NCBI GenBank assembly: GCA_011050075.1
Contig: DRGK01000008.1
Coordinates: 1-50,243, forward strand
DNA: 50,243 nt
From: Candidatus Jorgensenbacteria bacterium
GTDB lineage: Bacteria; Patescibacteriota; Minisyncoccia; UBA6257; GWB1-50-10
Reading direction: 5' to 3'
Shown here: positions 34,887-44,799 of the stretch, one piece after another
How the letters are laid out: each line of letters begins with the position of its first letter
Position numbering within the stretch: the stretch's first letter is position 1
Made by a program: the position numbers and the translations under genes
The notes under the pieces: generated by a model
What the model was told of the DNA's origin: nothing
Databases searched by the model: none
What the model saw: only the letters and a program-made list of their open reading frames with translations

Positions 34887-37433
34887 ATGAAAAAGCAAAC
34901 ATACAAAATTCAAGGTATGCATTGCGCTGGCTGCGTGAGAACGCTTGAGCGAGTTCTTATGAAAACTGCCGGAGTGCGTTCGGCGTCGGTTAATTTTGCC
35001 TCGGAGTCAGCGCTGATTGAATTTGATGAACAGGTTATCTCTGACTCAGACCTTGCTCAAACTATCGAGTCAGTAGGTTACAAACTCGAGATTGCAACTC
35101 AAGAAAAAAAGGAAGAAGAAAAAATTGATAAAAATTCTGAAACAGTCTCAATAAAAGTAATAGGTATGGATTCCCCACACTGTGCAATGACTGTTAAAAA
35201 AGCCATTAAGAAGTTGTCTGGTATTAAGAATATTGATGTTGATTTTTCCAATAAACGGGCGAAGGTTGTATTCAACCCCAAGGCACTTTCCGTCGATGAA
35301 ATTTTTAAAGTAATTACCGACGCCGGTTACAAACCGATTGAAGAAGAGGGGCGGGCGGAAGAGATTTTAGATAAAGAAAAGATTGAGCGGGAAAAGCAAG
35401 TAAGGATTCTCAAAACCAAACTTATTATTGGCGGCATTCTTTCTATCTTCATATTCTTGGGCAGTTTCCCGGAATGGTTTTCTTTTGTACCGCAGATATT
35501 GAGCAATAACTGGATACTCTTAATACTCACAACACCGGTGCAATTCTGGGTCGGCTGGCAATTTTACGCCGGGCTTAAGTTTCTAGTAAAATACCGAACT
35601 GCTGATATGAATACATTGATCGCTATCGGCACGCTGGCCGCATATTTTTACAGCGTTGCGGTTACCGTCTTTCCCGATTTCTTTATCGAGGGAGGAGTAG
35701 TACCGGCCATATACTTTGATACTTCAGCAATTATTATTGTCTTGATACTCTTGGGGAAATATTTTGAGGTGCTGATGAAGGGGCGGGCGTCGGAAGCAAT
35801 TAAAAAACTGATTGGTTTACAGCCAAAGACCGCAAAAGTTTTGAATGATGGGAAAGAAATTGAGATGCCAATTTCAGAAGTAGAAGTTGGACATTTAATA
35901 GTTGTTCGGCCCGGAGAAAAAATCCCTGTTGACGGAAAAATTACCGAAGGCGACTCAGAAATTGATGAGTCGATGGTAACGGGAGAATCAATGCCGGTTC
36001 ATAAAACAGTCGGTAGCGCGGTCATCGGAAGTACCATAAATAAATTTGGCACCTTTACATTTCAAGCGACAAAAATTGGTAAAGACACTGTTCTTTCTCA
36101 AATTATTAGGATGGTAGAAGAAGCGCAGGGATCAAAAGCGCCCATCCAACGCCTTGCTGATCTTGTTTCTTCATATTTTGTTCCCGTTGTGATGGTGATC
36201 GCTGTTCTGACTTTTATTACTTGGTTCTTCTTCGGGCCTACGCCTGCTTTTAATTTTGCTCTTATTAATTTTGTGGCAGTTCTTATTATCGCCTGTCCAT
36301 GCGCACTTGGACTTGCAACACCAATGGCGATTATGGTCTCCTCTGGCAGTGCGGCAGCAAAAGGAATATTAATCAAAGATGCAGCTTCGCTTGAAATTGC
36401 AAACAAAATAAACACGGTAATTTTAGATAAAACAGGCACGCTTACTCAGGGAAAACCGCAGTTAACTGATATCATTGCGTTTGATAATGAAAACCGAGCA
36501 CGGGTTCTCAATCTTGCCGCATCTCTGGAGCAAAGATCGGAACATCCTTTGGCGCAAGCAATTCTGCAGCATGCCGCGAGTCTTGACCAGAAGTCTTCTC
36601 ACCCGCTTGATAAGGCAATTATGGACGAGGCAAGAAAAGAAAAAATAGAGTTGTATAAACTGGAGGACTTCAAAGCAATTTCTGGAAAGGGTCTGCGCGG
36701 ATTTTTGCAAATTCAGTCGCAAAGAGTTGAGGTTTACTTAGGAAACAGAGCTCTCATGGCTGATATTGGACTTGATGTCTCTTCGCATGAAGACAAGATC
36801 AAGAAACTTGAAAGCGATGGTAAAACTGTAATGATTCTAGCCGTTGATAAGCAAATCAAGGGCGCTCTTGCCGTTGCCGATGTACTGAAGAAAGAATCAA
36901 TTGAAGCAATAAAAGCCTTGAAAGAAAGTGGTTTGGAGGTCTGGATGCTTACAGGGGATAACGATCGCACTGCTCGCGCTATTGCTCGTCAAGTAGGCAT
37001 AGAAAATGTAATGAGCGAGATTCTGCCTGACAAGAAATCTGAAAAGGTGCGGGAACTTCAGGATCAAGGAAAAATTGTTGCAATGGTCGGAGACGGCATC
37101 AATGATGCACCCGCTCTTACTCAATCTAATATCGGCATTGCTATGGGCGAGGGTACGGATATTGCAATGGAGTCTGCTAATATCACTCTAATGAGAGGAA
37201 ACTTAATGCTCATTCCGGAAACGATAAAGCTCTCAAAGCGAACAATGAGAATAATAAAACAAAATCTCTTTTGGGCATTCTTTTATAATTCCGCATTTAT
37301 CCCAGTTGCGGCCGGGGTTTTGTATCCTTTTTTTGGAATTTTGCTTAATCCTATTTTCGCCGCTGTTGCAATGGCATTTTCGAGCATTAGCGTTGTCTTG
37401 AATTCATTGCGATTAAAAAGGGTTGAAATATGA
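34887..37433 (+). CDS. copA: Cu(I)-exporting P1B-1 ATPase
   Basis: GMHCAGC and GMDSPHC HMA domains, [31 protein letters not shown] and MAFSS signatures. Confidence 0.96.
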   Translation: MKKQTYKIQGMHCAGCVRTLERVLMKTAGVRSASVNFASESALIEFDEQVISDSDLAQTIESVGYKLEIATQEKKEEEKIDKNSETVSIKVIGMDSPHCAMTVKKAIKKLSGIKNIDVDFSNKRAKVVFNPKALSVDEIFKVITDAGYKPIEEEGRAEEILDKEKIEREKQVRILKTKLIIGGILSIFIFLGSFPEWFSFVPQILSNNWILLILTTPVQFWVGWQFYAGLKFLVKYRTADMNTLIAIGTLAAYFYSVAVTVFPDFFIEGGVVPAIYFDTSAIIIVLILLGKYFEVLMKGRASEAIKKLIGLQPKTAKVLNDGKEIEMPISEVEVGHLIVVRPGEKIPVDGKITEGDSEIDESMVTGESMPVHKTVGSAVIGSTINKFGTFTFQATKIGKDTVLSQIIRMVEEAQGSKAPIQRLADLVSSYFVPVVMVIAVLTFITWFFFGPTPAFNFALINFVAVLIIACPCALGLATPMAIMVSSGSAAAKGILIKDAASLEIANKINTVILDKTGTLTQGKPQLTDIIAFDNENRARVLNLAASLEQRSEHPLAQAILQHAASLDQKSSHPLDKAIMDEARKEKIELYKLEDFKAISGKGLRGFLQIQSQRVEVYLGNRALMADIGLDVSSHEDKIKKLESDGKTVMILAVDKQIKGALAVADVLKKESIEAIKALKESGLEVWMLTGDNDRTARAIARQVGIENVMSEILPDKKSEKVRELQDQGKIVAMVGDGINDAPALTQSNIGIAMGEGTDIAMESANITLMRGNLMLIPETIKLSKRTMRIIKQNLFWAFFYNSAFIPVAAGVLYPFFGILLNPIFAAVAMAFSSISVVLNSLRLKRVEI

Positions 37434-37438
37434 TATAA

Positions 37439-37651
37439 ATGGAACAGTTTCTTACACAAAACTGGCTTGTACTCACACTCATTGCCGTATGGACATTACC
37501 GTGGAAGGGTGTCGCGCTTTGGAAAGCGGCTCGTTTGCGCCATAGGGCATGGTTTATTGCGTTATTGGTAATAAATACGCTTGGACTCCTCGAAATTCTC
37601 TACATTTTTGTGCTTAGTAAACGTACAAGCGCAGATAAGAAAGCAGCATAA
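37439..37651 (+). CDS. DUF5652-like small membrane protein
   Basis: WTLPWKGVALWKAAR...WFIALLVINTLGLLEILYIF. Confidence 0.8.
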   Translation: MEQFLTQNWLVLTLIAVWTLPWKGVALWKAARLRHRAWFIALLVINTLGLLEILYIFVLSKRTSADKKAA

Positions 37652-37687
37652 AGGTCGGGAACTTGGAAAATATAAGATACATGTAGT

Positions 37688-37939
37688 ATGAACAGAAAAT
37701 TAAACGCCGCTGCCCTTGGTTGGACTGCGGCAGTACTGGCTGCTCTTAGTATGCTTATTCTGGGGATTTTAGGGAACTTCGGTTTGTATACGGGAGCTGT
37801 CGAGATGATGCAGAAGTGGCATCTATTTTTTGATCTCTCCATTGGCGGTATTGTGGCCGGCATTGTAGAAGCAGCGGTATTTAGCTTTATCGCTGGTTAC
37901 CTCTTTGGCTGGTTGTATAATATGTTTACGGGGGAGTAG
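37688..37939 (+). CDS. Small 2-TM membrane protein (DUF5676-like)
   Basis: ...MMQKWH...FGWLYN; same architecture as 32365-32658. Confidence 0.7.
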   Translation: MNRKLNAAALGWTAAVLAALSMLILGILGNFGLYTGAVEMMQKWHLFFDLSIGGIVAGIVEAAVFSFIAGYLFGWLYNMFTGE

Positions 37940-38024
37940 GAGATTATTCTTTATATACGCTGTGTTACACTGAGCAGTTTTTCTGTTGTTGAATAAGTAT
38001 AGGTATGAGATGTATGCTTATACT

Positions 38025-38918
38025 ATGATAAGCAGAACAATATTTATCGTTATTCTTCTCGTCGCCGTGTTCTTTGGCTTGTCGTGGGCGGTGAGTTCGA
38101 TACAAAACATCATTGGTCCAGTACCGAGTGAGAGTACTGCTACATCCACCGATAGCAATGGTGTTGAAAGGGAATCTTCTGAGCCGGAACCGGAACCTGC
38201 TCAGCAACAGGAACCGCCAGCCGTTGAATCGCCACCGCAGGAAGTAATCGAACCGCCGACGCCTCCTGAAGCACGTGAGGGAGCGGTGTATGTTTCGAGA
38301 GTGAGTCGTCCTTCATATTCACGTCCCGGGTATGTACAACTTCGCACGAAGCTCAGCGAGGACGAGCGTGTTATCATCACCGGATGGCGTATTGAGAGCA
38401 ATACCGGTTCGATGATCATTCCGCAGGCAGTGCCCCGCTACACATTCTTTGGTCAGAACGTTAATGAAGATATCGTGCTTGAGCGCGGGGATTACGCATA
38501 TATATATTTTGAGAAAAGCCCCATTAGCAAGAGTTTTCGTCTGAATCAGTGTACCGGGTATCTCAATGCGAGAGCGGACTTTTCACTTGTACTGCCGAAC
38601 AACTGTCCGCAACTGTCACGGGATTCATATCAGCACTTGTCCGGTGACTGCCAGAACTACATTCGGCGACTGAGACGATGCGAGCTTCCCGACCCAAATA
38701 TTACTAATGCGTTTCTGGGTGAGGATGGAAATGAGTGTCGTGCTTTTATAAACAAGAACATTACTATTGCTGTGTGCTACCAGCGTGTGAATGAGTCTGA
38801 TTTCTTTAGCAACGAATGGCGTGTGTGGGTAAATCGTGGAACTATCTTTGACTCCAGTCATGACTGGGCACGCCTGTATAATACTGATGGCATGCTGATC
38901 GACGAATACACGTACTAA
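38025..38918 (+). CDS. Secreted/anchored hypothetical protein with Pro/Glu linker and lamin-tail-like beta domain
   Basis: N-terminal TM; ITGWRIES, NQCTGYL, several Cys; TTGAAT-18-TATGCT 6 nt before ATG 38025 (track start 37986). Confidence 0.75.
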   Translation: MISRTIFIVILLVAVFFGLSWAVSSIQNIIGPVPSESTATSTDSNGVERESSEPEPEPAQQQEPPAVESPPQEVIEPPTPPEAREGAVYVSRVSRPSYSRPGYVQLRTKLSEDERVIITGWRIESNTGSMIIPQAVPRYTFFGQNVNEDIVLERGDYAYIYFEKSPISKSFRLNQCTGYLNARADFSLVLPNNCPQLSRDSYQHLSGDCQNYIRRLRRCELPDPNITNAFLGEDGNECRAFINKNITIAVCYQRVNESDFFSNEWRVWVNRGTIFDSSHDWARLYNTDGMLIDEYTY

Positions 38919-39586
38919 TGACGCGACGTAAGTTTTTAGAACGGAAGCGTCGAGTGAGAATACTCAACGCGAAGCTCAAGCAACTGTTCCCGGAAAAGCA
39001 GATAACCGGACTGCGGCATCGTTCTCATTGGCAATTGGTGGTGGCGGTGATACTTTCAGCACAGACGACTGATAAGAAGGTAGATGAGGTCACCGCACGA
39101 TTATTTAAGAAATACCGCACGCTTAATGATTATCTCCACGCACCTCTGAAAGAGTTTACGTACTCTGTTAAGGAAATAGGTTTGTACCGGAACAAGGCAA
39201 AGAACATTCTTGCGGCTGCGTACATTGTAAAAGAACGATACGGCGGACGCATTCCAAAAACGATGATGGAACTCATGCAGTTGCCTGGTGTGGGAAGAAA
39301 AACGGCAAATGTAGTACTCGGCAACGCGTATGGCGTGATTGAAGGTATTGCGGTTGATACGCACGTGAAGCGATTCGCGCAAAAATTCAACCTAACCGAC
39401 TATGCCGATCCGAAGAAGATAGAGCGTGATTTCATGAAACTGCTTCCCGCGCACGAGTGGTTTGGATTTTCCAATAGATTAATACGGTATGGGAGAGACA
39501 TATGTCCGGCACGCGTGCATGACTGTGTTGATCACCCACTTACTAAGTTATACCCGCTAGCCGCGAAACGCTGGCCCCGTACTTGA
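38918..39586 (+). CDS. nth: Endonuclease III (HhH-GPD glycosylase) with a degenerate Fe-S motif
   Basis: VILSAQTTD..V, LPGVGRKTANVV, AVDTHV. Confidence 0.95.
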   Translation: MTRRKFLERKRRVRILNAKLKQLFPEKQITGLRHRSHWQLVVAVILSAQTTDKKVDEVTARLFKKYRTLNDYLHAPLKEFTYSVKEIGLYRNKAKNILAAAYIVKERYGGRIPKTMMELMQLPGVGRKTANVVLGNAYGVIEGIAVDTHVKRFAQKFNLTDYADPKKIERDFMKLLPAHEWFGFSNRLIRYGRDICPARVHDCVDHPLTKLYPLAAKRWPRT

Positions 39587-39637
39587 TATGGTATTATATA
39601 TGAGAAAGGTCGGAAGGTAAAAGGAGTTCATAAAATT

Positions 39638-39919
39638 ATGGCACAGTATGTTATAAAGCGTGATGGTTCCAAGGAAGAGTTTGATGCGGGGAAAATGCGT
39701 AATGCTATTGAAACATCGGCTCGTGAAGCCGGGCTGGAAGAAAGCCGCATCCTGGAGCTCGTTGAGCAAGTAGGCAGTGCAGCACTGCAGCTTGCAGAAT
39801 CTAAGGAAGAGATTGCTACATCTGAACTGCTAGAGAAAATACTGGGTGATCTTGATACTATCGAGCCATCTGTTGCTCAGGCATGGCGGCAGTACGATGA
39901 AGCGCGCGGTCGCGCATAG
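39638..39919 (+). CDS. Stand-alone ATP-cone domain protein
   Basis: VIKRDGSKEEFD..K..NAI; ...IATSEL...I...L; AAGGAG SD. Confidence 0.85.
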   Translation: MAQYVIKRDGSKEEFDAGKMRNAIETSAREAGLEESRILELVEQVGSAALQLAESKEEIATSELLEKILGDLDTIEPSVAQAWRQYDEARGRA

Positions 39920-39937
39920 AATGTACTGCATCCGAAT

Positions 39938-40279
39938 ATGAAGCCGTACACAGAAGAGCGGCCGTGGGGAAAATTTGAGCAGTTCACCGAGAATGAGCGA
40001 TCAACCGTTAAGGTTATTGCTATTCGTCGCGGAGGGGAACTGAGCCTCCAGTATCATAGGAAGCGACGAGAGTTTTGGAAAATTCTCCGGGGGAGACCGC
40101 GGGTCACTATTGGCAACAAAACCGTTATTGCAAAAGTCGGGGACGAGTTTATAATCCCTCGTCGCGTGAAACATCGCATTTCTGCACCTACATCAAAGGT
40201 AGAAGTGCTTGAGGTTGCGTTTGGATTTTTTGATGAAATGGATATTGTCCGACTTAAAGATCGGTATGACAGGCGTTAA
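39938..40279 (+). CDS. Cupin protein (mannose-6-phosphate isomerase type II C-terminal-like)
   Basis: EERPWG.F, LSLQYH..R.EFW, KHRI, LEVAFG..DE.DIVRL.D.Y.R. Confidence 0.88.
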   Translation: MKPYTEERPWGKFEQFTENERSTVKVIAIRRGGELSLQYHRKRREFWKILRGRPRVTIGNKTVIAKVGDEFIIPRRVKHRISAPTSKVEVLEVAFGFFDEMDIVRLKDRYDRR

Positions 40280-40296
40280 TGTAAGTTTAAATTATT

Positions 40297-41076
40297 ATGA
40301 CAACACGTATTAAAAATACACTGGGCATCGCTGCCGTTCTCGCGCTCCTATCGTTCGCATATGCGGTTGTACAGTACGCCGGCGCGTACTCAAGCTCTAT
40401 CGAACCATCGTCATATCGTAGTTTCACCGTGTCCGCAGAAGGAAAGGTGACTGCGATTCCCGACATTGCGGAGTTTCGTGCAAGCGTTATTACGGAAGGT
40501 GGTACCGACCTTGGTGCACTTCGTGATGAAAATACCGAGAAAGTTAATGGCATGATTGCGTTCCTCAAAGAGCAGGAAGTTGAACGTGAGGATATACAAA
40601 CAGCGACGTATAATATCGAACCGCGTTACCAATACTACCGATGCGATGTTCGCGTCGGTGAAGTGGAGCCGTGTCCGCCACCCGAGATAGTGGGGTACAG
40701 TATTCGTCAGACCATAACCGTGAAGATCCGTGATTTTGGTGTTATTGGAACGGTACTCTCCGGTGTCGTTGAGTATGGCGCTAACAGCGTTTCGCAGTTC
40801 CGGTTTACTATTGATGACCGGACACTGCTTGAAGCTGAAGCCCGTGCCAGTGCGATTGCAAAGGCACGGGAAAAAGCACGCACCATTGCACGCGGGGGAG
40901 GGTTTTCCGTAGGGAAGATACTTTCTATTACTGAGGGGTATACTCCCGTGTATACGCGTTATCTTGCGGTAGATGAAGGGTACGAAAGGGGTGGTGGAGA
41001 CGCTATTGTTCAGAGTATTGAACCTGGTTCGCAGGAGATAACGGTGCAGATGACGGTACGGTACGAGATTCGTTAA
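40297..41076 (+). CDS. SIMPL (DUF541) domain protein
   Basis: FTVSAEGKVTAIPDIA, DIQT..Y.I.P.Y, IEPGSQEITVQMTV.YEI. Confidence 0.9.
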   Translation: MTTRIKNTLGIAAVLALLSFAYAVVQYAGAYSSSIEPSSYRSFTVSAEGKVTAIPDIAEFRASVITEGGTDLGALRDENTEKVNGMIAFLKEQEVEREDIQTATYNIEPRYQYYRCDVRVGEVEPCPPPEIVGYSIRQTITVKIRDFGVIGTVLSGVVEYGANSVSQFRFTIDDRTLLEAEARASAIAKAREKARTIARGGGFSVGKILSITEGYTPVYTRYLAVDEGYERGGGDAIVQSIEPGSQEITVQMTVRYEIR

Positions 41077-41079
41077 GAT

Positions 41080-42363
41080 ATGCGGATACAGAATCGTGAT
41101 GCATTAGCACACACACCACTCCGTGTGCAGGCGCTTGCTGTCATAGAGGCGGGGTTTGCAGTAATTGATACCGATGCCGTCGTTCGCCGAAACGTTGCCA
41201 TACACAATGACTCACTCTCTGTTGGAGACAAGTCATTCCCGTTGAAAGATATTCGGCGACTCATTGTGGTCGGTGTGGGGAAGTGTGCATCTGAAGCAGC
41301 ATACACACTTGAACAACTTCTCGGTGATCGCATTGACGAAGGTATCGTACTTGATGTGCAGTGCCGTCCCCGATTACAACACATTACTTTTTATAAAGGT
41401 ACACACCCGTTCCCCTCTCGTGCAAACAGCGATGCGACTGAACGGATCATTGCACTCTTGAAAGATGCGGGGGAGGGCGACGTCGTTATTTTTATTATTT
41501 CCGGAGGTGGCTCTACGCTGCTGCACACAGAAGAAGATATATCTACTGAAGATGAACGGTGTGTACTGAAGCACCTCTTTGCTTCAGGGGCGACCATTCA
41601 GGAGATTAATACGATTCGAAAACATCTCTCGCACGCCCGGGCCGGGTTTCTCGCTCGGTACGCGTATCCGGCACGGAGTGCAGCGCTTATCTTTTCTGAT
41701 GTTCCGACCAACGATCCACAGTTCATTGCTTCAGGACCTACGGTACGTGACATAACAACGGTTGCGGATGCTCAGGCGGTGCTTGAGCGGTACGATGTGT
41801 ATCGTGTCTGTCCGCTCAAAACTGCCTTGATCGATACTCCGCAGGAGGATAGGTATTTTGCACATGCATATAGTAAGATTGTGGTCTCAAATAAACATGC
41901 ACTTGACGCGATGGTGTTATGGGCGCAATCAATGGGTTTTACCCCACGCATCTGTACGACGAGCTTGGCAGGTGAGGCGCGTGAGATGGGAAAACGCATC
42001 ATTGATGAGCTTCATACTGCACTTCCACATACTGCTCTATTGTATGGAGGTGAGACGACAGTGAAGCTAACCGGAGATGGAACAGGAGGTAGGAATCAGG
42101 AACTCGTACTCGCATGTGTTCCGTATGTAGAAGAAGGAGAACTCATCGTTTCCGTGGCGAGCGACGGAAACGATAACACTGATGTCGCCGGTGCACTCTG
42201 TGATACAATAACAAAAGAGCGCGCCCGTGTGCTCAGTTTAGACGCCGCGGTGTATTTGCAAAAAAACGACTCATATCACTTTTTTGAACAAGTAGGAGAC
42301 CATATTGTGACGGGTCATACAGGCTCAAATGTGTCTGATATAGTACTTGCCATAAAGTTATAA
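41080..42363 (+). CDS. Glycerate 2-kinase (MOFRL/DUF4147 family)
   Basis: VGVGKCA, GTHPFP, ISGGGSTL, IRKHLS, SDVP, IASGPT, GGETTV, GGRNQE, DGND, TGSNVSD. Confidence 0.93.
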   Translation: MRIQNRDALAHTPLRVQALAVIEAGFAVIDTDAVVRRNVAIHNDSLSVGDKSFPLKDIRRLIVVGVGKCASEAAYTLEQLLGDRIDEGIVLDVQCRPRLQHITFYKGTHPFPSRANSDATERIIALLKDAGEGDVVIFIISGGGSTLLHTEEDISTEDERCVLKHLFASGATIQEINTIRKHLSHARAGFLARYAYPARSAALIFSDVPTNDPQFIASGPTVRDITTVADAQAVLERYDVYRVCPLKTALIDTPQEDRYFAHAYSKIVVSNKHALDAMVLWAQSMGFTPRICTTSLAGEAREMGKRIIDELHTALPHTALLYGGETTVKLTGDGTGGRNQELVLACVPYVEEGELIVSVASDGNDNTDVAGALCDTITKERARVLSLDAAVYLQKNDSYHFFEQVGDHIVTGHTGSNVSDIVLAIKL

Positions 42364-42364
42364 C

Positions 42365-44797
42365 ATGAAAAAACGCACAGAAGCACTTATTCTTCCAATG
42401 AAGGGAGTGGGTATACAGGACGTAGCGCTCGTAGGTGGAAAGAATGCATCACTCGGTGAAATGCTCACGCGTTTATCCCCGAAGGGTGTGCGCATTCCCG
42501 ACGGTTTTATAGTAACCGCATACGCGTATCGTCAGTTTATTTCCAAAACGAAACTTGATGAAATCATTAAGCGACGCTTGGAAGGACTTAACGTTCATAA
42601 CGTGCGTGAGTTGGCGAAATGCGGCAAGGCAATACGGGAAGCAATCCGCCGCTACCCATTTCCAGCTGAGATTAAACGTGAGATTATTGCCGGCTACCGA
42701 AGCTTAGAAAAACAGTACGGACGCAATGTAGATGTTGCCGTACGTTCAAGTGCAACTGCGGAAGATCTTCCTGACGCATCATTTGCAGGCGAGCACGATA
42801 CGTATCTCAATGTTCGTGGTGCCGAACATGTAATGCGGGCGGTGCGTAATGCGATGGCGTCACTGTTCACTAACCGTGCTATCTCGTACCGGGAAGATAA
42901 GGGATTTAAACACCTTGATGTGGCGTTGTCGGTCGGTGTGCAGAAAATGGTGCGTGCTGACAAAGGTGTTGCAGGCGTGCTTTTTACACTTGATACCGAA
43001 TCGGGATTTCGCGATGTAGTGCTCATTAATGGAACGTGGGGATTGGGAGAACTACTAGTCCAAGGGGAGGTGACACCGGATGAGTTCTGGGTATTCAAAA
43101 AACCGCTGGATACTAAGAAATATAAACCGATCATCGGTAAAAAACTTGGTGTAAAAGACAGGAAGATAGTGTATGCATCTTCTGGAAAGAAGGGGATTAA
43201 ACTTATTACAACATCGCGCAGGGAACAGGATTCGTTCGTACTCTCTGATAATGAGATTCTTACCCTCGCTCGGTGGGGAACATTGATTGAGCAACACTAC
43301 TCAAAGCAGCGCGGACGATGGATGCCAATGGATATTGAGTGGGCGAAAGATGGTATAACGGGAAAGCTGTATATTGTGCAGGCGCGTCCGGAGACAGTAC
43401 ACGCACTGCGCGATTTTTCTGTGATAGAAGAATACCGACGCACCGGGGGTGGAACGGTATTGACTCGAGGAGCATCGGTTGGAAGTAAAATTGCGCATGG
43501 AAAAGCACGCGTAATCTTTGATATTTCGGATATCACTAAGTTTCGTAAAGGAGAGGTGCTCGTAACCGATATGACCGACCCGGACTGGGAGCCTATTATG
43601 AAAATTGCTTCTGCTATTGTCACGGATAAGGGAGGTCGTACTTCGCATGCCGCAATCGTTTCACGAGAACTTGGCATTCCCTGTGTTGTAGGTACGGGCG
43701 ATGCTACTACTTCAATTCGCACCGGTCAGGTCGTAACTGTTGATACGACTGGTGATGACGGAATAGTGTTGTCCGGGAAGCACGCCTTTAAGATTATAAA
43801 GCATAATATTAAAAACCTAACTCAGCCGAAGACGAAAATGATGGTGAATATTGCAACACCGGAGACTGCGTTTGAAAAGTCATTCCTTCCGCACCGTGGA
43901 GTTGGCTTGGCGCGCGAGGAGTTTATTATTGCATCTAGTATTGGTATTCATCCCATGGCGCTCTTTGAGTTTAATGCATTACCTACCGCGCTTCGTCGCA
44001 CCATCGGGGAACGTACGCGAGGATGGAAAGATAAGCGGCAGTTTTATGTTGATAATCTTGCGTTCGGTATTGCGCGCATTAGCGTGGCGTTCTATCCGTA
44101 TCCCGTTATTGTGCGCTTTTCTGACTTCAAGACGAACGAGTACCGAACATTGCTTGGTGGTGAACGGTATGAACCTGAGGAAGAAAATCCTATGCTTGGA
44201 TGGCGTGGTGCGTCACGATACTATCATCCTCAATTTAAAGATGCGTTTGTGTTGGAGTGCCGAGCGCTCGCAAAGGTGCGGTACGAGATGGGTTTGACCA
44301 ATATGGTGCCGATGGTGCCGTTCTGCCGAACGGTTGAGGAGGGCAAGCGTGTCGTACAACTCATGGCAAAGCATGGACTCAGTCGGAGAAAAGACAGAAA
44401 ACTCAAAATATATGTAATGTGTGAGATACCATCGAATGTGATACAGGCAGATGCATTTCTTGATGTGTTTGATGGTATGTCCATTGGTTCTAACGATTTG
44501 ACGCAGCTTGTACTGGGTATCGACCGTGACTCTGAACTGATACGTGATGTGGGCAATGAGAACAATGAAGCGGTCAAAGAAATGGTGCGGCGCGTTATCC
44601 GTACCTGTCGGAAGCGCAGCAAGTATGTGGGCATCTGTGGGCAGGCGCCGTCTGACTACCCTGAGTTTGTAAAATTCCTCGTCTCTGAGCGTATTGAGAG
44701 CATCTCATTGAGTCCTGATGCATTTGTTGCTACGGTACGTGCCGTATACCACTTAGAACAGTCGCGACGGTCATCACGTACACGTAAACCTCGCTAA
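42365..44797 (+). CDS. ppsA: Phosphoenolpyruvate synthase (pyruvate, water dikinase)
   Basis: VGGKNASLGEM, VRSSATAEDLPDASFAG, GGRTSHAAIVSRELG, EENPMLGWRGASRY, SIGSNDLTQ, GICGQAP. Confidence 0.97.
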   Translation: MKKRTEALILPMKGVGIQDVALVGGKNASLGEMLTRLSPKGVRIPDGFIVTAYAYRQFISKTKLDEIIKRRLEGLNVHNVRELAKCGKAIREAIRRYPFPAEIKREIIAGYRSLEKQYGRNVDVAVRSSATAEDLPDASFAGEHDTYLNVRGAEHVMRAVRNAMASLFTNRAISYREDKGFKHLDVALSVGVQKMVRADKGVAGVLFTLDTESGFRDVVLINGTWGLGELLVQGEVTPDEFWVFKKPLDTKKYKPIIGKKLGVKDRKIVYASSGKKGIKLITTSRREQDSFVLSDNEILTLARWGTLIEQHYSKQRGRWMPMDIEWAKDGITGKLYIVQARPETVHALRDFSVIEEYRRTGGGTVLTRGASVGSKIAHGKARVIFDISDITKFRKGEVLVTDMTDPDWEPIMKIASAIVTDKGGRTSHAAIVSRELGIPCVVGTGDATTSIRTGQVVTVDTTGDDGIVLSGKHAFKIIKHNIKNLTQPKTKMMVNIATPETAFEKSFLPHRGVGLAREEFIIASSIGIHPMALFEFNALPTALRRTIGERTRGWKDKRQFYVDNLAFGIARISVAFYPYPVIVRFSDFKTNEYRTLLGGERYEPEEENPMLGWRGASRYYHPQFKDAFVLECRALAKVRYEMGLTNMVPMVPFCRTVEEGKRVVQLMAKHGLSRRKDRKLKIYVMCEIPSNVIQADAFLDVFDGMSIGSNDLTQLVLGIDRDSELIRDVGNENNEAVKEMVRRVIRTCRKRSKYVGICGQAPSDYPEFVKFLVSERIESISLSPDAFVATVRAVYHLEQSRRSSRTRKPR

Positions 44798-44799
44798 CC

